Below, in pieces: positions 57,280 to 64,000 of a stretch of DNA of 64,000 bases. Source of the stretch: Patescibacteria group bacterium (GTDB taxonomy: Bacteria; Patescibacteriota; Patescibacteriia; 2-02-FULL-49-11). Position numbers and translations under genes: made by a program. The stretch spans positions 8,318 to 72,317 of the forward strand of contig JBAZQN010000007.1 of the NCBI GenBank assembly GCA_041645165.1, given 5' to 3'. Below the pieces are notes generated by a model that worked only from the letters and a program-made list of their open reading frames with translations, had not been told where the DNA came from and ran no database searches. Every line of letters begins with the position of its first letter. Position 1 is the stretch's first letter.

Positions 57280-58089
57280 TTATTCACTACTCTGGGTCTT
57301 TTCTAATCCAACCGCCAAGAAAACCGAATCCTGTCTTAAGAACTGACCAATATTCTGCTTGTAGTACCTGGCGTTCGCATACGTCAAACTGGTGTCCCTG
57401 TCATACATGTGCCCTGTAAACTTCCTCTGTTCGTCGAAGGAGCCTGATTTCCAGTCAATCCTCATTGATCCGTAGGGGTAGTAGTCCAATAATTGTACCA
57501 TGCCTCCGGTGCTATTCGTAGCGACGTTAGAACCCGTCAGATGATCCGTGTGGATGTATTGGAGGGTTGAGCCTTCCACTGTGGCAACCAGCTGGCTTCC
57601 TGCGTAGATATGCTTACTATTCTTCGTCCCATCGCTATTATACAGCTTATTCGCATACCGCGTCGTCACGCTTCCTGAAACCAGTTTCGTCCTCTGGCCT
57701 GTATGGTCGTACTGATAGGTGACGGTGGAACCTGTTTTCTGGGATTGGGTCAGCTGGTTGGCGTAGTTCCATGAGTGAGTCCAGGTGGAATCAGAGGTCA
57801 GGTTGCCGTTGTTATCATACGCGTAGGTCACGCCGTTGACCGACGTTGCCGCATGGGGGTTCGCGTAATTGGTGCCTTGGTAGAGGTAAGCCCCGACATC
57901 TGACTTGTTAGAGATGTTGCCGATGGCGTCGTAGGAATACGTTTGCGTGAAGTTTCCTGGACTGGTGGATGTGGCGTTGGTGGCGATAGCGGAGGTAAGG
58001 CGATGCAGATCATCATAGGCATGGGTGATGGTATCCGCGTCTGGCTCTGCATTTGGCGCGATTGCGGGGGCTATTTCGTCGAATAAATC
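57280..58089 (-). pseudogene. Truncated Rhs core fragment (cassette 3), no toxin tip
   Basis: Frame open 58089-57280 (...AYDDLHRLTS...NPHA...YDNNGNL...HTDHLTGS...DYYPYG...ARYY..IGQFLRQDS) with no canonical start before 57831; ends before the NP...DP.G motif. Confidence 0.8.
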
Positions 58090-58129
58090 TTATTAAGGTA
58101 TTTGCCCCCTTATCTATACTCAACTTCAC

Positions 58130-58417
58130 TCAATCAATCATAATGCCTATATTATGCAATTGTTTCTTTGGGTCCCAATTTTCTGGTTCATTGTCTATCT
58201 TATCTCTCCATGGCATTCCCTCCTCTATCCACTTTTTACGCAATTCCAAATGCCGTTTCTCGCGCTCTTGCGCAGTCTTACCGAAATCATGATATCCATA
58301 TTGTATATGACAACATGGGCAAATATTATCGGACTGACTGTCTCCCTTCCATGCAGGCTCATGATAAACCGAATATATATCGTACCCGCATACCGGGCAA
58401 TAAGAATCGTTAGTCAT
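58130..58417 (-). CDS. Cys-rich (CPCC-like) probable immunity protein
   Basis: CPVCGY...ICPCC...YGY.D; starts 3 bp after the Rhs toxin stop. Confidence 0.7.
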   Translation of the reverse strand: MTNDSYCPVCGYDIYSVYHEPAWKGDSQSDNICPCCHIQYGYHDFGKTAQEREKRHLELRKKWIEEGMPWRDKIDNEPENWDPKKQLHNIGIMID

Positions 58418-58420
58418 ATC

Positions 58421-59681
58421 TCATTCCTTAATAACGTTATCAACTTTATTCCAATCAACCAACTCGCCTTGTTGGTTATTCCAATAATCCAGATTTGTTC
58501 CTTGTCCATGAACGGCAGGGTCTGGTTTGAAGAACGTCCTGATAGTGCCGTCCGGATTGTAGGAACCGAGCGTGTTCGCTGCTTCGTCATAGACTCTGAC
58601 AATGCCATCTTTATCAATCTTAGTCGGCAACTTATCGCTCTGTGCTCTCTGAAGAAAGTCGCGAGCCAAATCTGTATATTCGTCAGCGCTCCGAGCGCCG
58701 AATTCGCTAGCATGGTCCAAGTAATGTTCTTTATATTTTGTAGGGCTGGCCCACGCCTTAGCTCCTTTCAACCCTTTCGACGCATCCGCCACATTATCGA
58801 AGTGGCCCGCAACGAGTCTCGCTGCCTTACCGTATCCGCCTCCAACGGATAGAAGCCCAATGCCTACGCCTGCAAGAGTAATACTCTTCTGAATTTTGGT
58901 CGAGTTTGGATTAAGCCAAGTCTTTACGAGATCATAGACGTCCCAGACCGTAAAACCCGCTTCAACTGCAAGGTACATTAATCCTGCGATACTGAATGTA
59001 ACCGGTTCAGTGCCGAACGGGTCAATATATTTCATCGGATTATTATTCGCGTATGCATAGCTGTTCAATCCTTGTGGATTGCTCAACAGTGCTGCCGACT
59101 GCGCTCCATCTCGAACACCAATAGTAAGATACACGGGATCCTGTGATAAGAACCGTCCAATCCCCTGCTTGTAATACCTCGCATTGGCATACGTTAAACT
59201 GGTATCCCTATCAAACTCATGCCCCGTGAACTTCCTCTGTTCGTCGAAGGAGCCTGACTTCCAGTCAATCCTCATTGATCCGTAGGGATAGTAGTCCAAT
59301 AATTGTACCATGCCTCCACTACTGTTCGTAGCGGCGTTCGAGCCGGTGAGGTGGTCGGTATGGAGGTATTGAAGTGTCGTACCCTCGACTGTTCCTATGA
59401 GCTGGCTTCCTGCGTAGATATGCTTGGTTGCCGTGGTTTGCTTGATATTGTAGAGCTTGTTGGGATAGTGGCGGGCATAGCCGCTCACGCCGTCATAGTA
59501 CTTGGTCCTTTGCCCTGTGTGGTCGTATTGGTAGGTGACGGTGGAGCCTGTTTTCTGGGACTGGGTAAGCTGGTTAGCGTAGTTCCAAGTGTGAGTCCAC
59601 GTCGAATCTGACGTGAGATTGCCGTTGTTGTCATACGCGTAGGTCACGCCACCCACTGACGTTGCCGCGTGGGGATTGGCG
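58421..59681 (-). CDS. Orphan Rhs core plus C-terminal toxin (cassette 2), putative RNase
   Basis: Rhs homology starts abruptly at ~59681 (ANPHA; GTG at 59656); NNPMKYIDPFG cleavage motif; tip HY..H..EFG....EY...A..F...G.IRTFFKP. Confidence 0.8.
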
Positions 59682-59696
59682 GTTTCAGTGTCGGAA

Positions 59697-60233
59697 TCAA
59701 TTTTCGGTGCTTGTTATTGTATTATTCGGATTAAAGTATTTTTTATTCTTAAACAGTCCTATTAATAACACAATAAAGACTAAGAAATAAATGCCAAAAT
59801 TTACCGCCATGCCCACCGGAGAAAAAGTAAAATCAAGCGCTTCCTGACGTACCGCAAGTCCACGCGCCTCACGACTTATAATATATGCGTCCTTTGCCAA
59901 ATCGACATGAGTGAATGAAATGACAAACATGACTACCGTAAAGAATAAATAAAGAACAATACCCGCCACAGCTATTGGGAAGGCTCGTGGATATTGTTTA
60001 AATACAAAGACCGCTGCACTACCCGTAACAATCAATACCGCGAGAGCAAAGACTATATACAATACACCGAATCCAAAATTATTTAGTATATTGTAGTCGG
60101 ATACCGTTTGATAGCGGAGAAGATCGAAAAGTGTGCGTACGAACAACCAAACTAATACGATTATAAGAATCGTGATAATTTTGGGCCGTTTTGACTGCGT
60201 ACTGACCTGTGAATTTGTGACCGTTTGTTCCAT
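59697..60233 (-). CDS. Membrane protein (four TM helices)
   Basis: KRP..ITI start and hydrophobic helices; lies between Rhs cassettes. Confidence 0.65.
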   Translation of the reverse strand: MEQTVTNSQVSTQSKRPKIITILIIVLVWLFVRTLFDLLRYQTVSDYNILNNFGFGVLYIVFALAVLIVTGSAAVFVFKQYPRAFPIAVAGIVLYLFFTVVMFVISFTHVDLAKDAYIISREARGLAVRQEALDFTFSPVGMAVNFGIYFLVFIVLLIGLFKNKKYFNPNNTITSTEN

Positions 60234-60248
60234 ATGATTTTTTGTAGA

Positions 60249-60842
60249 TTACCACATCCGTTCGAATTCGGTGGATTTTATCAATTCTAAATTGGTGAGC
60301 TTAGCGCTTTCGAGCGCCTCTGCAACACGTTCTGTGACGAATCTTACACCTGTACCTTCCGCAAGGAAAATATCGCTTCCGTCCCACATTTTGAGATCGA
60401 AGTAATATCCATATCGTGCACGATATGATCCGTACTTCTCACTTGCAGGTACCTGCACCCACTCACTTTTACTATCATCAATGGGTCCACACTTACCCGT
60501 CACTACAAGCCCGCTATATCCTGACACTTCCTCTCTTTTTTTATTAAAAACTCTTGCCGGGAAAGTTGACCAGCCGGTGAACCTTCCCTTCTTCAACACT
60601 TCGACTACTCTATCGCTGATTAGGAGAATGGGAGGGTTTGCCGACATGAAGTCCTTTGGCCGTGTGCCGCCATTATGACCGAAGATCACGGGCTTTGCTG
60701 AACCTTCCTTTCCAGCAAGCAAGTCGAAGTCGTATTGTACCTTATCTTTGACTCTTTCAGGATACTCCTTAACATATTGGCTCATCGCGCCATATTCTAT
60801 CCCCGCTCCTAGAAGGTAAAATTGGTCTGGAGTGTATGCCAT
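60249..60842 (-). CDS. Probable immunity protein (Imm11/DUF1629-like)
   Basis: ATG at 60842, 1 bp after the toxin stop; LLISDR..E.L, WDGSDIF, FVTERV...L...LTN. Confidence 0.7.
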   Translation of the reverse strand: MAYTPDQFYLLGAGIEYGAMSQYVKEYPERVKDKVQYDFDLLAGKEGSAKPVIFGHNGGTRPKDFMSANPPILLISDRVVEVLKKGRFTGWSTFPARVFNKKREEVSGYSGLVVTGKCGPIDDSKSEWVQVPASEKYGSYRARYGYYFDLKMWDGSDIFLAEGTGVRFVTERVAEALESAKLTNLELIKSTEFERMW

Positions 60843-60843
60843 A

Positions 60844-62451
60844 TTATTCAATCTTAAAATCAATCCTATACTTCTCGGCTGTTTCATTCGCAAAATTATG
60901 TATCTGCTCTTGCGAAGCGTTTGGATTTTTACTGATAAACTTCTCCCACCTTGCATTATACTCGTTTGATAACTTCTGATGTGTCCCATCCGGTCCCTTC
61001 TGCCACCATGAACCGTACTTGGGATCATGGACATTAATACCGGCTCGCTCAAAGAATCCTCTAAAATTTTCCGTTTGCGGCAACATATGGTGCGCGTCGA
61101 ACCCGCTCCCCGGATTCTTTCCAGTGAGTTCAATTAAGTTACCCCTGAAATGCCCTGAGGTAAAACTCTTAAAGTTCATCGCTCTGTCGACCGCTTTTGC
61201 TGCGTCACTCGCCTTATCCGCAACCCTCGTCACCCGTGCCGCTGCTCCCAACCCGGTCGCGAAAGGAATAGCGGCGCCGCCAATATCAAGCCCCAGGCTC
61301 AACATTTCTCCCTTCACGTCTCCTCCATGAGCAATCGCACCACCTAATTTGTAAAGATCGTACGCGATGAAGCCGATATCAATAAAGGTATCAAGAAACT
61401 CACCTCCCTTGTCAACATACTTGAGAGGATTGTTGGTGACGTAAGAGTAAGAATTGAGGTATTGAGGATTGGAGAGATACTCTCGCATCCTCATGTTCGT
61501 TCCTTGTTGGATTGCCTGCTCGTCCCCGATAGAGAGGAATACGGGATCCTGCGACAGGAAACGCCCTATGTTCTGCTTATAATACCTCGCATTGGCGTAG
61601 GTAAGACTGGTGTCTCTATCGAACTCATGCCCCGTGAACTTCCTCTGCTCGTCGAAAGAGCCTGATTTCCAGTCTATCCTCATGCTGCCATACGGGTAGT
61701 AGTCCAATAATTGTACCATGCCTCCACTGCTGTTCGTAGCGACGTTCGAGCCAGTGAGGTGGTCGGTATGGAGGTATTGGAGGGTTGAGCCTTCCACGGT
61801 GGCAATCAGTTGACTTCCGGCGTAGATGTGCTTGGTTGCCGTGGTTTGCTTGATATTGTAGAGCTTGTTGGGATAGTGGCGGGCATAGCCGCTCACGCCG
61901 TCATAGTACTTGGTCCTTTGCCCTGTGTGGTCGTATTGGTAGGTCACGGTGGAGCCGCCTGTGGATTGGGTAAGCTGGTTAGCGTAGTTCCAAGTGTGAG
62001 TCCACGTCGAATCTGACGTGAGATTGCCGTTGTTGTCATACGCATACACGGCAGAGCCGACTTTTGTCACTGCATGAGGGTTGGCGTAATTGGTGCCTTC
62101 ATAGAGATACGTGCCTTGGTCAGATGCCGTGAGAATATTCCCAATCGCGCTGTAGGTGTACGTTCTTCCGGTGTTATCGCCATTCGCCGCGCCGGTAATT
62201 GAAGAGGTCAAAAGCCTATGCAAATCGTCGTAGGTATAGGTGATGGTCTTGCCTGCGTTGGTGCTGGACGCTTCTACGATCTGAGTGATATTCCCCACCT
62301 GGTCGTATGACCATTCTTGAGGTATCACATTTTTACGATCGTTAGCTTTTGATACCTCTGCATCATCACTTGCAATCCACCCCCTATCAATAACGATCGC
62401 TATATATTGGAAGTGGATATGAACGAGTATTGAACGCCATAATGCTCTCAC
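60844..62451 (-). CDS. Orphan Rhs core plus C-terminal toxin (cassette 1), DUF2380/His-motif nuclease-like
   Basis: Rhs homology from ~62310 (YDQVGNI...YDDLHRL); NNPLKYVDKGG; tip AHH.LPQ...FF..AGINVH...H...YN..W..F...NP.A. Confidence 0.8.
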   Translation of the reverse strand: MRALWRSILVHIHFQYIAIVIDRGWIASDDAEVSKANDRKNVIPQEWSYDQVGNITQIVEASSTNAGKTITYTYDDLHRLLTSSITGAANGDNTGRTYTYSAIGNILTASDQGTYLYEGTNYANPHAVTKVGSAVYAYDNNGNLTSDSTWTHTWNYANQLTQSTGGSTVTYQYDHTGQRTKYYDGVSGYARHYPNKLYNIKQTTATKHIYAGSQLIATVEGSTLQYLHTDHLTGSNVATNSSGGMVQLLDYYPYGSMRIDWKSGSFDEQRKFTGHEFDRDTSLTYANARYYKQNIGRFLSQDPVFLSIGDEQAIQQGTNMRMREYLSNPQYLNSYSYVTNNPLKYVDKGGEFLDTFIDIGFIAYDLYKLGGAIAHGGDVKGEMLSLGLDIGGAAIPFATGLGAAARVTRVADKASDAAKAVDRAMNFKSFTSGHFRGNLIELTGKNPGSGFDAHHMLPQTENFRGFFERAGINVHDPKYGSWWQKGPDGTHQKLSNEYNARWEKFISKNPNASQEQIHNFANETAEKYRIDFKIE

Positions 62452-62893
62452 CGGATGCTTTTAGAGATTTTCAAGGTGCTTTGCGGTTACTATGCCCACC
62501 TCTGGAGGGTCTACTGGACTTCCCCTACCCCTGCGGCATCATTGTCCTGTAATGAAGTATATCACGGAGGAAATCGAACGAAAAAATCCATGGAAGCCGT
62601 CTTTCTGATACGGTGATAAAGGGGATGTTTGATCGAAATTCTCTCTCCTTGAATAGGGGGAAAGGTGCCCGCGTCACGAAATATCGGAGTGCGATCAGCA
62701 GCGGCTTCGCTTCAATGTGAGCAACAAATTGAGTATGCCCGCCCAAGGCTAGACTCCACCGACGTACATCCCCTACCCATGGGAGCAAAATCGTCTATTC
62801 ATTGAAGAACTAAGTGTTAAGAAGAGAGGAGAAAATAACATACGTATCCTCTTTATCTTATACTACAAATAGGATAGGGAAATCATTCAAATA

Positions 62894-63616
62894 TTACTTA
62901 GGTATTAACACTTCTATATCCAGAAGCTGATATAAATAATATTTAGTTTTTTCTATTACCTTATTGGTTAAACCATAAATTTGTTGATAATTATATTTGG
63001 CATTTTCTGACCACCAATTTTTTCCTTCTTCAATTGATTCTGTTAAATTTTTCTTCACCTCAACTACCCCTTTTTCTGTTAACCTACTGAATAATTCTTC
63101 CTGATTAAGTATTGTTTCGGCCATATACGCTTTTGAAATATAGGGGTCAACGAATCTATAATTTCCATGACGAAGATCTCCCCTTAATTTTGAACTACCA
63201 AAAACTCGTGATATATCTTTCACCCATTGCTTCAATGCTTCGTCGACTTCTTTTTTATTTATAGCAACTTTTTTAATATCGTTTTTCATTTCAGTTATAT
63301 AACGTACTATTTTATTTTTTACCGTCTCCATATCTTCTAGATAAGCGTATATATGATGTTCTAAAGCTTCATGGTTTGAAACTTTTTCATTACTTGTATA
63401 AAATTCGTTAAAATAAAGCGGGTATTTGCTTATTTTTTTTACAAACCAATCAATTGCTGTCAGTAATTTCCAATATTTTTCTACGATATCCCTATTAAAA
63501 CTTGATCCTTTTTTCGTATCGTCTGCTAAAGAAGGAGAAAAATACTCTGGATTAAGATAAATCAACAAATTGGATAATAGATTTTCTATTTCATTTTGTC
63601 TACTAGGAGTACTCAT
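62894..63616 (-). CDS. AT-rich helical protein with an RxxxxH (HEPN-like) motif
   Basis: ATG at 63616; LEHH...YLE and RGDLRH. Confidence 0.55.
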   Translation of the reverse strand: MSTPSRQNEIENLLSNLLIYLNPEYFSPSLADDTKKGSSFNRDIVEKYWKLLTAIDWFVKKISKYPLYFNEFYTSNEKVSNHEALEHHIYAYLEDMETVKNKIVRYITEMKNDIKKVAINKKEVDEALKQWVKDISRVFGSSKLRGDLRHGNYRFVDPYISKAYMAETILNQEELFSRLTEKGVVEVKKNLTESIEEGKNWWSENAKYNYQQIYGLTNKVIEKTKYYLYQLLDIEVLIPK

Positions 63617-64000
63617 ACTTGCTTCTTCAATTCTACATCTCCAGTCGAGAAAACAGTACTTTGTTGATAGCCGACTGAAAGAGTGGGGTGCAGGCGGCCG
63701 GAACGCTGAAGTCTTCAAGACTCGGATGAAAGAGCTACAGACTCCGCAAGCTCGAGCATCCCAAACCTCGCAACAGCTTCTTCCTGCATAACATACTCAA
63801 CAACAATTATGCGACTCAGCTCCGCAGAGTTATTTTATTTCTCCTCATGTAAATAAATTGGAGAGGGTTCTTGAAACCGCTATTCGCTCTTACCCACTAA
63901 GCAGGACCATTCAAGACATACCGGCCATTGTGCCAGGTCACCAATAAAACGTATAAGTAATTTCTTTATACGTTTGCATTCTTTTTTTCAACAACCAACC

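Noticed and set aside
57828-58052. 74-aa ORF implying a frameshifted Rhs gene
   Set aside because: Off-frame shadow; the Rhs frame is continuous from 58089 to 57280.
62310-62810. 87-aa ORF and the first ~45 codons of the 60844-62451 ORF
   Set aside because: No recognisable homology; probably non-coding or decayed DNA abutting the Rhs fragment.
63640-64000. Possible gene remnants at the window end
   Set aside because: Short frames without motifs; context is cut off by the window edge.

Overview
Bacterial chromosomal window. Gene content suggests a Patescibacteria (CPR)-type genome (inference from the PaaX/Cas2-like gene, DUF5667 anti-sigma, pilin-like gene, C39-like peptidase and LQVE..GEAWY-repeat surface protein). 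In order it holds: eno (partial) and pgk; miscellaneous enzymes; purB and a PAICS-like PurC-PurE fusion; an ECF sigma/anti-sigma pair; HU; a MacAB-type ABC exporter operon; a TrmB plus B12-radical-SAM module between 94-bp direct repeats; a complete, unusually fused histidine operon (yerC-hisS-hisG-SemiSWEET-hisD-hisC/N-hisB-hisH-hisA/F-hisIE); a CsoR/CopA copper island; AAA-DUF4143 and AbiE defence genes; a protease and sppA; and an array of orphan Rhs toxin/immunity cassettes with a HEPN-motif gene. The non-coding DNA is crowded with small repeat families: periodic 7/8/9/10-11-nt tracts, REP-like hairpins and MITEs, several nested in each other and some in-frame inside genes. The most striking structure is a PaaX/Cas2-like gene embedded in an array of ~33-34-bp palindromes. 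Two of these palindromes carry the same 40-42-bp mini-element inserted exactly at the symmetry axis, in opposite orientations. No rRNA, tRNA, cas1, reverse transcriptase or transposase gene was recognised. All calls were made by eye; no searches were run.
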